Assembly (NCBI GenBank): GCA_964016885.1
Contig: OZ024744.1
Span: 1,984,001 to 2,048,000 of the forward strand
Direction of reading: 5' to 3'
Source: Eledone cirrhosa
Taxonomy: Eukaryota
Length of the DNA stretch: 64,000 nt
Shown here: one piece after another, positions 12,066 to 24,700 of the stretch
How the letters are laid out: each line of letters starts with the position of its first letter
Position numbering within the stretch: position 1 is the first letter of the stretch
Notes under the pieces: model-generated
What the model was told of the DNA's origin: nothing
What the model saw: only the letters and a program-made list of their open reading frames with translations
Database searches by the model: none
Program-made: the position numbers and the translations under genes

Positions 12066-13234
12066 TTCTTCACCAAGCTATCTTTCTCTACCTTGTCTTC
12101 TCCCAAAACTTCGTTATTCACCAAGCTATCTTTCTCTACCTTGTCTTCCCTCAAAACTTCGTTCTTCACCAAGCTATCTTTCTCTACCTTGTCTTCCCCC
12201 AAAACTTCGTTCTTCACCAAGCTATCTTTCTCTACCTTGTCTTCCCCCAAAACTTCGTTCTTCACCAAGCTATCTTTCTCTAGCTTGTCTTCACACAAAA
12301 CTTCGTTCTTCACCAAGCTATCTTTCTCTACCTTGTCTTCCCACAAAACGTCATTCTTCACCAAGCTATCTTTCTCTACCTTGTCTTCCGTCAAAACTTC
12401 GTTCTTCACCAAGATATCTTTCTCTACCTTGTCTTCTCCCAAAACTTCGTTCTTCACCAAGCTATCTTTCTCTACCTTGTCTTCCCTCAGAACTTCGTTC
12501 TTCAACAAGCTATCTTTCTCTACCTTGTCTTCCCCCAAAACTTCGTTCTTCACCAAGCTATCTTTCTCTACATTGTCTTCCCCAAAACTTCGTTCTTCAC
12601 CAAGCTATCTTTCTCTACCTTGTCTTCCCTCAAAACGTCGTTCTTCACCAAGCTATCTTTCTCTACCTTGTCTTCCCCCAAAACTTCGTTCTTCACCAAG
12701 CTATCTTTCTCTAACTTGTCGTCCCCCAAAACTTCGTTCTTCACCAAGCTATCTTTCTCTACATTGTCTTCCCCAAAACTTCGTTCTTCACCAATCTATC
12801 TTTCTCTACCTTGTCTTCCCTCAAAACGTCGTTCTTCACCAAGCTATCTTTCTCTACCTTGTCTTCTCCCAAAACTTCGTTATTCACCAAGCTATCTTTC
12901 TCTACCTTGTCTTCCCTCAAAACTTCGTTCTTCACCAAGCTATCTTTCTCTACCTTGTCTTCCCCCAAAACTTCGTTCTTCACCAAGCTATCTTTCTCTA
13001 CATTGTCTTCCCCAAAACTTCGTTCTTCACCAAGCTATCTTTCTCTACCTTGTCTTCCCCCAAAACTTCGTTGTTCACCAAGCTATCTTTCTCTACCTTG
13101 TCTTCCCCCAAAACTTCGTTCTTCACCAAGCTATCTTACTCTACCTTGTCTTCCCCCAAAACTTCGTTCTTCACCAAGCTATCTTTCTCTACCTTGTCTT
13201 CCCACAAAACTTCGTTCTTCACCAAGCTATCTTT
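12066..13234. repeat. Dispersed copy of about 5695-6863 (offset 6371 bp)
   Basis: The rare TCTTACTC variant marks ORF ends 6765/13136. TAGCTT 5910/12281 and ORFs 6249/12620 and 6388/12759 share the offset. Confidence 0.85.
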
Positions 13235-14140
13235 AACTACCTTGTCTTCCCCCAAAACTTCGTTCTTCACCAAGCTATCTTTCTCTACCTTGTCTTCCCT
13301 CAAAACTTCGTTCTTCACCAAGCTATCTTTCTCGACCTTGTCTTCTCCCAAAACTTCGTTATTCACCAAGCTATCTTTCTCTACCTTGTCTTCCCTCAAA
13401 ACTTCGTTCTTCACCAAGGTATCTTTATCTACCTTGTCTTCCCACAAAACGTCATTCTTCACCAAGCTATCTTTCTCGACCTTGTCTTCCGTCAAAACTT
13501 CGTTCTTCACCAAGGTGTCTTTCTCTACCTTGTCTTCCCACAAAACGTCGTTCTTCACCAAGCTATCTTTCTCTACCTTGTCTTCCCTCAAAACTTCGTT
13601 CTTCAACAAGCTATCTTTCTCTACCTTGTCTTCCCCCAAAACTTCGTTCTTCACCAAGCTATCTTTAACTACCTTGTCGTCCCCCAAAACTTCGTTCTTC
13701 ACCAAGCTATCTTTAACTACCTTGTCTTCCCCCAAAACTTCGTTCTTCACCAAGCTATCTTTCTCTACCTTGTCTTCCCTCAAAACTTCGTTCTTCACCA
13801 AGCTATCTTTCTCGATCTTGTCTTCTCCCAAAACTTCGTTATTCACCAAGCTATCTTTCTCTACCTTGTCTTCCCTCAAAACTTCGTTCTTCACCAAGGT
13901 ATCTTTATCTACCTTGTCTTCCCACAAAACGTCATTCTTCACCAAGCTATCTTTCTCGACCTTGTCTTCCGTCAAAACTTCGTTCTTCACCAAGGTGTCT
14001 TTCTCTACCTTGTCTTCCCACAAAACGTCGTTCTTCACCAAGCTATCTTTCTCTACCTTGTCTTCCCTCAAAACTTCGTTCTTCAACAAGCTATCTTTCT
14101 CTACCTTGTCTTCCCCCAAAACTTCGTTCTTCACCAAGCT
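13220..14140. repeat. 480-bp (10-monomer) local duplication carrying the AAGGTATCTTTATC / AAGGTGTC / TTTAACTA alleles; also present at 1-780 and about 6990-7820
   Basis: AAGGTATC at 13416/13896, 150/630 and 7189/7669, each pair 480 bp apart. The second copy always carries the private CTCGATC variant (545, 7584, 13811). Confidence 0.85.
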
Positions 14141-14804
14141 ATCTTTAACTACCTTGTCTTCCCCCAAAACTTCGTTCTTCACCAAGCTATCTTTCTCTAC
14201 CTTGTCTTCCCTCAAAACTTCGTTCTTCACCAAGCTATCTTTCTCGACCTTGTCTTCTCCCAAAACTTCGTTATTCACCAAGCTATCTTTCTCTACCTTG
14301 TCTTCCCTCAAAACTTCGTTCTTCACCAAGCTATCTTTCTCTACCTTGTCTTCCCTCAGAACTTCGTTCTTCACCAAGCTATCTTTCTCTACCTTGTCTT
14401 CCCCCCAAACTTCGTTCTTCACCAAGCTATCTTTCTCTACATTGTTTTCCCAAAACTTCGTTCTTCACCAAGCTATCTTTCTCTACCTTGTCTTCCCCCA
14501 AAACTTCGTTCTTCACCAAGCTATCTTTCTCTACCTTGTCTTCCCACAAAACTTCGTTCTTCACCAAGCTATCTTTCTCTACCTTGTCTTCCCCCAAAAC
14601 TTCGTTCTTCACCAAGCTATCTTTCTCTACATTGTCTTCCCCAAAACTCCGCTCTTCACCAAGCTATCTTTCTCTACCTTGTCTTCCCTCAAAACGTCGT
14701 TCTTCACCAAGCTATCTTTCTCTACCTTGTCTTCTCCCAAAACTTCGTTATTCACCAAGCTATCTTTCTCTACCTTGTCTTCCCTCAAAACTTCGTTCTT
14801 CACC

Positions 14805-17800
14805 AAGCTATCTTTCTCTACCTTGTCTTCCCCCAAAACTTCGTTCTTCGCCAAGCTATCTTTCTCTACATTGTCTTCCCCAAAACTTCGTTCTTCACCA
14901 AGCTATCTTTCTCTACCTTGTCTTCCCCCAAAACTTCGTTGTTCACCAAGCTATCTTTCTCTACCTTGTCTTCGCCCAAAACTTCGTTCTTCACCAAGAT
15001 ATCTTTCTCTACCTTGTCTTCCCCCAAAACTTCGTTCTTCACCAAGCTATCTTTCTCTACCTTGTCTTCCCACAAAACTTCGTTCTTCACCAAGCTATCT
15101 TTCTCTACCTTGTCTTCCCACAAAACGTCGTTCTTCACCAAGCTATCTTTCTCTACCTTGTCTTCCCCCAAAACTTCGTTCTTCACCAAGCTATCTTTCT
15201 CTAGCTTGTCTTCACACAAAACGTCGTTCTTCACCAAGCTATCTTTCTCTACCTTGTCTTCCCCCAAAACTTCGTTCTTCACCAAGCTATCTTTCTCTAC
15301 CTTGTCTTCCCCCAAAACTTCGTTCTTCACCAAGCTATCTTTCTCTACCTTGTCTTCCCCCAAAACTTCGTTCTTCACCAAGCTATCTTTCTCTACCTTG
15401 TCTTCCCCCAAAACTTCGTTCTTCACCAAGCTATCTTTCTCTACCTTGTCTTCCCCTAAAACTTCGTTCTTCACCAAGCTATCTTTCTCTAGCTTGTCTT
15501 CACACAAAACTTCGTTCTTCACCAAGCTATCTTTCTCTACCTTGTCTTCCCACAAAACGTCATTCTTCACCAAGCTATCTTTCTCTACCTTGTCTTCCGT
15601 CAAAACTTCGTTCTTCACCAAGCTATCTTTCTCTACCTTGTCTTCCCTCAAAACGTCGTTCTTCACCAAGCTATCTTTCTCTACCTTGTCTTCCCCAAAA
15701 CTTCGTTCTTCACCAAGCTATCTTTCTCTACCTTGTCGTCCCCCAAAACTTCGTTCTTCGCAAGATATCTTTCTCTACCTTGTCTTCCGTCAAAACTTCG
15801 TTCTTCACCAAGCTATCTTTCTCTACCTTGTCTTCCCTCAAAACGTCGTTCTTCACCAAGCTATCTTTCTCTACCTTGTCTTCCATCAAAACATCGTTCT
15901 TCACCAAGCTATCTTTCTCTACCTTGTCTTCTCCCAAAACTTCGTTATTCACCAAGCTATCTTTCTCTACCTTGTCTTCCCTCAAAACTTCGTTCTTCAC
16001 CAAGCTATCTTTCTCTACCTTGTCTTCCCCCAAAACTTCGTTCTTCACCAAGCTATCTTTCTCTACCTTGTCTTCCCCCAAAACTTCGTTCTTCACCAAG
16101 CTATCTTTCTCTAGCTTGTCTTCACACAAAACTTCGTTCTTCACCAAGCTATCTTTCTCTACCTTGTCTTCCCACAAAACGTCATTCTTCACCAAGCTAT
16201 CTTTCTCTACCTTGTCTTCCGTCAAAACTTCGTTCTTCACCAAGATATCTTTCTCTACCTTGTCTTCTCCCAAAACTTCGTTCTTCACCAAGCTATCTTT
16301 CTCTACCTTGTCTTCCCCCAAAACTTCGTTCTTCACCAAGCTATCTTTCTCTACATTGTCTTCCCCAAAACTCCGTTCTTCACCAAGCTATCTTTCTCTA
16401 CCTTGTCTTCCCTCAAAACGTCGTTCTTCACCAAGCTATCTTTCTCTACCTTGTCTTCTCCCAAAACTTCGTTATTCACCAAGCTATCTTTCTCTACCTT
16501 GTCTTCCCTCAAAACTTCGTTCTTCACCAAGCTATCTTTCTCTACCTTGTCTTCCCCCAAAACTTCGTTCTTCACCAAGCTATCTTTCTCTACATTGTCT
16601 TCCCCAAAACTTCGTTCTTCACCAAGCTATCTTTCTCTACCTTGTCTTCCCCCAAAACTTCGTTGTTCACCAAGCTATCTTTCTCTACCTTGTCTTCCCC
16701 CAAAACTTCGTTCTTCACCAAGATATCTTTCTCTACCTTGTCTTCCCCCAAAACTTCGTTCTTCACCAAGCTATCTTTCTCTACATTGTCTTCCCCAAAA
16801 CTCCGTTCTTCACCAAGCTATCTTTCTCTACCTTGTCTTCCCTCAAAACGTCGTTCTTCACCAAGCTATCTTTCTCTACCTTGTCTTCTCCCAAAACTTC
16901 GTTATTCACCAAGCTATCTTTCTCTACCTTGTCTTCCCTCAAAACTTCGTTCTTCACCAAGCTATCTTTCTCTACCTTGTCTTCCCCCAAAACTTCGTTC
17001 TTCACCAAGCTATCTTTCTCTACATTGTCTTCCCCAAAACTTCGTTCTTCACCAAGCTATCTTTCTCTACCTTGTCTTCCCCCAAAACTTCGTTGTTCAC
17101 CAAGCTATCTTTCTCTACCTTGTCTTCCCCCAAAACTTCGTTCTTCACCAAGATATCTTTCTCTACCTTGTCTTCCCCCAAAACTTCGTTCTTCACCAAG
17201 CTATCTTTCTCTACCTTGTCTTCCCACAAAACGTCGTTCTTCACCAAGCTATCTTTCTCTACCTTGTCTTCCCCCAAAACTTCGTTCTTCACCAAGCTAT
17301 CTTTCTCTAGCTTGTCTTCACACAAAACGTCGTTCTTCACCAAGCTATCTTTCTCTACCTTGTCTTCCCCCAAAACTTCGTTCTTCACCAAGCTATCTTT
17401 CTCTACCTTGTCTTCCCCCAAAACTTCGTTCTTCACCAAGCTATCTTTCTCTACCTTGTCTTCCCCCAAAACTTCGTTCTTCACCAAGCTATCTTTCTCT
17501 ACCTTGTCTTCCCCCAAAACTTCGTTCTTCACCAAGCTATCTTTCTCTACCTTGTCTTCCCCTAAAACTTCGTTCTTCACCAAGCTATCTTTCTCTAGCT
17601 TGTCTTCACACAAAACTTCGTTCTTCACCAAGCTATCTTTCTCTACCTTGTCTTCCCACAAAACGTCATTCTTCACCAAGCTATCTTTCTCTACCTTGTC
17701 TTCCGTCAAAACTTCGTTCTTCACCAAGCTATCTTTCTCTACCTTGTCTTCCCTCAAAACGTCGTTCTTCACCAAGCTATCTTTCTCTACCTTGTCTTCC

Positions 17801-20800
17801 CCCAAAACTTCGTTCTTCACCAAGCTATCTTTCTCTACCTTGTCGTCCCCCAAAACTTCGTTCTTCGCAAGCTATCTTTCTCTACCTTGTCTTCCGTCAA
17901 AACTTCGTTCTTCACCAAGCTATCTTTCTCTACCTTGTCTTCCCACAAAACGTCGTTCTTCACCAAGCTATCTTTCTCTACCTTGTCTTCCCTCAAAACG
18001 TCGTTCTTCACCAAGCTATCTTTCTCTACCTTGTCTTCCCTCAAAACATCGTTCTTCACCAAGCTATCTTTCTCTACCTTGTCTTCTCCCAAAACTTCGT
18101 TATTCACCAAGCTATCTTTCTCTACCTTGTCTTCCCTCAAAACTTCGTTCTTCACCAAGCTATCTTTCTCTACCTTGTCTTCCCCCAAAACTTCGTTCTT
18201 CACCAAGCTATCTTTCTCTACCTTGTCTTCCCCCAAAACTTCGTTCTTCACCAAGCTATCTTTCTCTAGCTTGTCTTCACACAAAACGTCATTCTTCACC
18301 AAGCTATCTTTCTCTACCTTGTCTTCCGTCAAAACTTCGTTCTTCACCAAGATATCTTTCTCTACCTTGTCTTCTCCCAAAACTTCGTTCTTCACCAAGC
18401 TATCTTTCTCTACCTTGTCTTCCCTCAGAACTTCGTTCTTCAACAAGCTATCTTTCTCTACCTTGTCTTCCCCCAAAACTTCGTTCTTCACCAAGCTATC
18501 TTTCTCTACATTGTCTTCCCCAAAACTTCGTTCTTCACCAAGCTATCTTTCTCTACCTTGTCTTCCCTCAAAACGTCGTTCTTCACCAAGCTATCTTTCT
18601 CTACCTTGTCTTCCCCCAAAACTTCGTTCTTCACCAAGCTATCTTTCTCTACCTTGTCGTCCCCCAAAACTTCGTTCTTCACCAAGCTATCTTTCTCTAC
18701 ATTGTCTTCCCCAAAACTTCGTTCTTCACCAATCTATCTTTCTCTACCTTGTCTTCCCTCAAAACGTCGTTCTTCACCAAGCTATCTTTCTCTACCTTGT
18801 CTTCTCCCAAAACTTCGTTATTCACCAAGCTATCTTTCTCTACCTTGTCTTCCCACAAAACGTCATTCTTCACCAAGCTATCTTTCTCTACCTTGTCTTC
18901 CGTCAAAACTTCGTTCTTCACCAAGCTATCTTTCTCTACCTTGTCTTCCCTCAAAACGTCGTTCTTCACCAAGCTATCTTTCTCTACCTTGTCTTCCCCC
19001 AAAACTTCGTTCTTCACCAAGCTATCTTTCTCTACCTTGTCTTCCGTCAAAACTTCGTTCTTCACCAAGCTATCTTTCTCTACCTTGTCTCCCCACAAAA
19101 CGTCGTTCTTCACCAAGCTATCTTTCTCTACCTTGTCTTCCCTCAAAACGTCGTTCTTCACCAAGCTATCTTTCTCTACCTTGTCTTCCCTCAAAACATC
19201 GTTCTTCACCAAGCTATCTTTCTCTACCTTGCCTTCTCCCAAAACTTCGTTATTCACCAAGCTATCTTTCTCTACCTTGTCTTCCCTCAAAACTTCGTTC
19301 TTCACCAAGCTATCTTTCTCTACCTTGTCTTTCCCCAAAACTTCGTTCTTCACCAAGCTATCTTTCTCTACCTTGTCTTCCCCCAAAACTTCGTTCTTCA
19401 CCAAGCTATCTTTCTCTAGCTTGTCTTCACACAAAACTTCGTTCTTCACCAAGCTATCTTTCTCTACCTTGTCTTCCCACAAAACGTCATTCTTCACCAA
19501 GCTATCTTTCTCTACCTTGTCTTCCGTCAAAACTTCGTTCTTCACCAAGATATCTTTCTCTACCTTGTCTTCTCCCAAAACTTCGTTCTTCACCAAGCTA
19601 TCTTTCTCTACCTTGTCTTCCCTCAGAACTTCGTTCTTCAACAAGCTATCTTTCTCTACCTTGTCTTCCCCCAAAACTTCGTTCTTCACCAAGCTATCTT
19701 TCTCTACCTTGTCTTCTCCCAAAACTTCGTTATTCACCAAGCTATCTTTCTCTACCTTGTCTTCCCCCAAAACTTCGTTCTTCGCCAAGCTATCTTTCTC
19801 TACATTGTCTTCCCCAAAACTTCGTTCTTCACCAAGCTATCTTTCTCTACCTTGTCTTCCCCCAAAACTTCGTTGTTCACCAAGCTATCTTTCTCTACCT
19901 TGTCTTCGCCCAAAACTTCGTTCTTCACCAAGATATCTTTCTCTACCTTGTCTTCCCCCAAAACTTCGTTCTTCACCAAGCTATCTTTCTCTACCTTGTC
20001 TTCCCACAAAACTTCGTTCTTCACCAAGCTATCTTTCTCTACCTTGTCTTCCCACAAAACGTCGTTCTTCACCAAGCTATCTTTCTCTACCTTGTCTTCC
20101 CCCAAAACTTCGTTCTTCACCAAGCTATCTTTCTCTAGCTTGTCTTCACACAAAACGTCGTTCTTCACCAAGCTATCTTTCTCTACCTTGTCTTCCCCCA
20201 AAACTTCGTTCTTCACCAAGCTATCTTTCTCTACCTTGTCTTCCCCCAAAACTTCGTTCTTCACCAAGCTATCTTTCTCTACCTTGTCTTCCCCCAAAAC
20301 TTCGTTCTTCACCAAGCTATCTTTCTCTACCTTGTCTTCCCCCAAAACTTCGTTCTTCACCAAGCTATCTTTCTCTACCTTGTCTTCCCCTAAAACTTCG
20401 TTCTTCACCAAGCTATCTTTCTCTAGCTTGTCTTCACACAAAACTTCGTTCTTCACCAAGCTATCTTTCTCTACCTTGTCTTCCCACAAAACGTCATTCT
20501 TCACCAAGCTATCTTTCTCTACCTTGTCTTCCGTCAAAACTTCGTTCTTCACCAAGCTATCTTTCTCTACCTTGTCTTCCCTCAAAACGTCGTTCTTCAC
20601 CAAGCTATCTTTCTCTACCTTGTCTTCCCCAAAACTTCGTTCTTCACCAAGCTATCTTTCTCTACCTTGTCGTCCCCCAAAACTTCGTTCTTCGCAAGAT
20701 ATCTTTCTCTACCTTGTCTTCCGTCAAAACTTCGTTCTTCACCAAGCTATCTTTCTCTACCTTGTCTTCCCTCAAAACGTCGTTCTTCACCAAGCTATCT

Positions 20801-23800
20801 TTCTCTACCTTGTCTTCCATCAAAACATCGTTCTTCACCAAGCTATCTTTCTCTACCTTGTCTTCTCCCAAAACTTCGTTATTCACCAAGCTATCTTTCT
20901 CTACCTTGTCTTCCCTCAAAACTTCGTTCTTCACCAAGCTATCTTTCTCTACCTTGTCTTCCCCCAAAACTTCGTTCTTCACCAAGCTATCTTTCTCTAC
21001 CTTGTCTTCCCCCAAAACTTCGTTCTTCACCAAGCTATCTTTCTCTAGCTTGTCTTCACACAAAACTTCGTTCTTCACCAAGCTATCTTTCTCTACCTTG
21101 TCTTCCCACAAAACGTCATTCTTCACCAAGCTATCTTTCTCTACCTTGTCTTCCGTCAAAACTTCGTTCTTCACCAAGATATCTTTCTCTACCTTGTCTT
21201 CTCCCAAAACTTCGTTCTTCACCAAGCTATCTTTCTCTACCTTGTCTTCCCCCAAAACTTCGTTCTTCACCAAGCTATCTTTCTCTACATTGTCTTCCCC
21301 AAAACTCCGTTCTTCACCAAGCTATCTTTCTCTACCTTGTCTTCCCTCAAAACGTCGTTCTTCACCAAGCTATCTTTCTCTACCTTGTCTTCTCCCAAAA
21401 CTTCGTTATTCACCAAGCTATCTTTCTCTACCTTGTCTTCCCTCAAAACTTCGTTCTTCACCAAGCTATCTTTCTCTACCTTGTCTTCCCCCAAAACTTC
21501 GTTCTTCACCAAGCTATCTTTCTCTACATTGTCTTCCCCAAAACTTCGTTCTTCACCAAGCTATCTTTCTCTACCTTGTCTTCCCCCAAAACTTCGTTGT
21601 TCACCAAGCTATCTTTCTCTACCTTGTCTTCCCCCAAAACTTCGTTCTTCACCAAGATATCTTTCTCTACCTTGTCTTCCCCCAAAACTTCGTTCTTCAC
21701 CAAGCTATCTTTCTCTACATTGTCTTCCCCAAAACTCCGTTCTTCACCAAGCTATCTTTCTCTACCTTGTCTTCCCTCAAAACGTCGTTCTTCACCAAGC
21801 TATCTTTCTCTACCTTGTCTTCTCCCAAAACTTCGTTATTCACCAAGCTATCTTTCTCTACCTTGTCTTCCCTCAAAACTTCGTTCTTCACCAAGCTATC
21901 TTTCTCTACCTTGTCTTCCCCCAAAACTTCGTTCTTCACCAAGCTATCTTTCTCTACATTGTCTTCCCCAAAACTTCGTTCTTCACCAAGCTATCTTTCT
22001 CTACCTTGTCTTCCCCCAAAACTTCGTTGTTCACCAAGCTATCTTTCTCTACCTTGTCTTCCCCCAAAACTTCGTTCTTCACCAAGATATCTTTCTCTAC
22101 CTTGTCTTCCCCCAAAACTTCGTTCTTCACCAAGCTATCTTTCTCTACCTTGTCTTCCCACAAAACGTCGTTCTTCACCAAGCTATCTTTCTCTACCTTG
22201 TCTTCCCCCAAAACTTCGTTCTTCACCAAGCTATCTTTCTCTAGCTTGTCTTCACACAAAACGTCGTTCTTCACCAAGCTATCTTTCTCTACCTTGTCTT
22301 CCCCCAAAACTTCGTTCTTCACCAAGCTATCTTTCTCTACCTTGTCTTCCCCCAAAACTTCGTTCTTCACCAAGCTATCTTTCTCTACCTTGTCTTCCCC
22401 CAAAACTTCGTTCTTCACCAAGCTATCTTTCTCTACCTTGTCTTCCCCCAAAACTTCGTTCTTCACCAAGCTATCTTTCTCTACCTTGTCTTCCCCTAAA
22501 ACTTCGTTCTTCACCAAGCTATCTTTCTCTAGCTTGTCTTCACACAAAACTTCGTTCTTCACCAAGCTATCTTTCTCTACCTTGTCTTCCCACAAAACGT
22601 CATTCTTCACCAAGCTATCTTTCTCTACCTTGTCTTCCGTCAAAACTTCGTTCTTCACCAAGCTATCTTTCTCTACCTTGTCTTCCCTCAAAACGTCGTT
22701 CTTCACCAAGCTATCTTTCTCTACCTTGTCTTCCCCCAAAACTTCGTTCTTCACCAAGCTATCTTTCTCTACCTTGTCGTCCCCCAAAACTTCGTTCTTC
22801 GCAAGCTATCTTTCTCTACCTTGTCTTCCGTCAAAACTTCGTTCTTCACCAAGCTATCTTTCTCTACCTTGTCTTCCCACAAAACGTCGTTCTTCACCAA
22901 GCTATCTTTCTCTACCTTGTCTTCCCTCAAAACGTCGTTCTTCACCAAGCTATCTTTCTCTACCTTGTCTTCCCTCAAAACATCGTTCTTCACCAAGCTA
23001 TCTTTCTCTACCTTGTCTTCTCCCAAAACTTCGTTATTCACCAAGCTATCTTTCTCTACCTTGTCTTCCCTCAAAACTTCGTTCTTCACCAAGCTATCTT
23101 TCTCTACCTTGTCTTCCCCCAAAACTTCGTTCTTCACCAAGCTATCTTTCTCTACCTTGTCTTCCCCCAAAACTTCGTTCTTCACCAAGCTATCTTTCTC
23201 TAGCTTGTCTTCACACAAAACGTCATTCTTCACCAAGCTATCTTTCTCTACCTTGTCTTCCGTCAAAACTTCGTTCTTCACCAAGATATCTTTCTCTACC
23301 TTGTCTTCTCCCAAAACTTCGTTCTTCACCAAGCTATCTTTCTCTACCTTGTCTTCCCTCAGAACTTCGTTCTTCAACAAGCTATCTTTCTCTACCTTGT
23401 CTTCCCCCAAAACTTCGTTCTTCACCAAGCTATCTTTCTCTACATTGTCTTCCCCAAAACTTCGTTCTTCACCAAGCTATCTTTCTCTACCTTGTCTTCC
23501 CTCAAAACGTCGTTCTTCACCAAGCTATCTTTCTCTACCTTGTCTTCCCCCAAAACTTCGTTCTTCACCAAGCTATCTTTCTCTACCTTGTCGTCCCCCA
23601 AAACTTCGTTCTTCACCAAGCTATCTTTCTCTACATTGTCTTCCCCAAAACTTCGTTCTTCACCAATCTATCTTTCTCTACCTTGTCTTCCCTCAAAACG
23701 TCGTTCTTCACCAAGCTATCTTTCTCTACCTTGTCTTCTCCCAAAACTTCGTTATTCACCAAGCTATCTTTCTCTACCTTGTCTTCCCACAAAACGTCAT

Positions 23801-24700
23801 TCTTCACCAAGCTATCTTTCTCTACCTTGTCTTCCGTCAAAACTTCGTTCTTCACCAAGCTATCTTTCTCTACCTTGTCTTCCCTCAAAACGTCGTTCTT
23901 CACCAAGCTATCTTTCTCTACCTTGTCTTCCCCCAAAACTTCGTTCTTCACCAAGCTATCTTTCTCTACCTTGTCTTCCGTCAAAACTTCGTTCTTCACC
24001 AAGCTATCTTTCTCTACCTTGTCTTCCCACAAAACGTCGTTCTTCACCAAGCTATCTTTCTCTACCTTGTCTTCCCTCAAAACGTCGTTCTTCACCAAGC
24101 TATCTTTCTCTACCTTGTCTTCCCTCAAAACATCGTTCTTCACCAAGCTATCTTTCTCTACCTTGCCTTCTCCCAAAACTTCGTTATTCACCAAGCTATC
24201 TTTCTCTACCTTGTCTTCCCTCAAAACTTCGTTCTTCACCAAGCTATCTTTCTCTACCTTGTCTTTCCCCAAAACTTCGTTCTTCACCAAGCTATCTTTC
24301 TCTACCTTGTCTTCCCCCAAAACTTCGTTCTTCACCAAGCTATCTTTCTCTAGCTTGTCTTCACACAAAACTTCGTTCTTCACCAAGCTATCTTTCTCTA
24401 CCTTGTCTTCCCACAAAACGTCATTCTTCACCAAGCTATCTTTCTCTACCTTGTCTTCCGTCAAAACTTCGTTCTTCACCAAGATATCTTTCTCTACCTT
24501 GTCTTCTCCCAAAACTTCGTTCTTCACCAAGCTATCTTTCTCTACCTTGTCTTCCCTCAGAACTTCGTTCTTCAACAAGCTATCTTTCTCTACCTTGTCT
24601 TCCCCCAAAACTTCGTTCTTCACCAAGCTATCTTTCTCTACCTTGTCTTCTCCCAAAACTTCGTTATTCACCAAGCTATCTTTCTCTACCTTGTCTTCCC
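14805..24700. repeat. Tandem higher-order duplication, period 4934 bp (103 monomers), 2 copies
   Basis: Rare markers at +4934: TTCGCCAAG (G14850/G19784), CGCAAGATATC about 15759/20693, TTCCATCAAAACATC 15881/20815. ORFs 14866/19800, 16403/21337 and 18558/23492 agree. One difference noticed (C19091 vs T24025). Confidence 0.93.
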
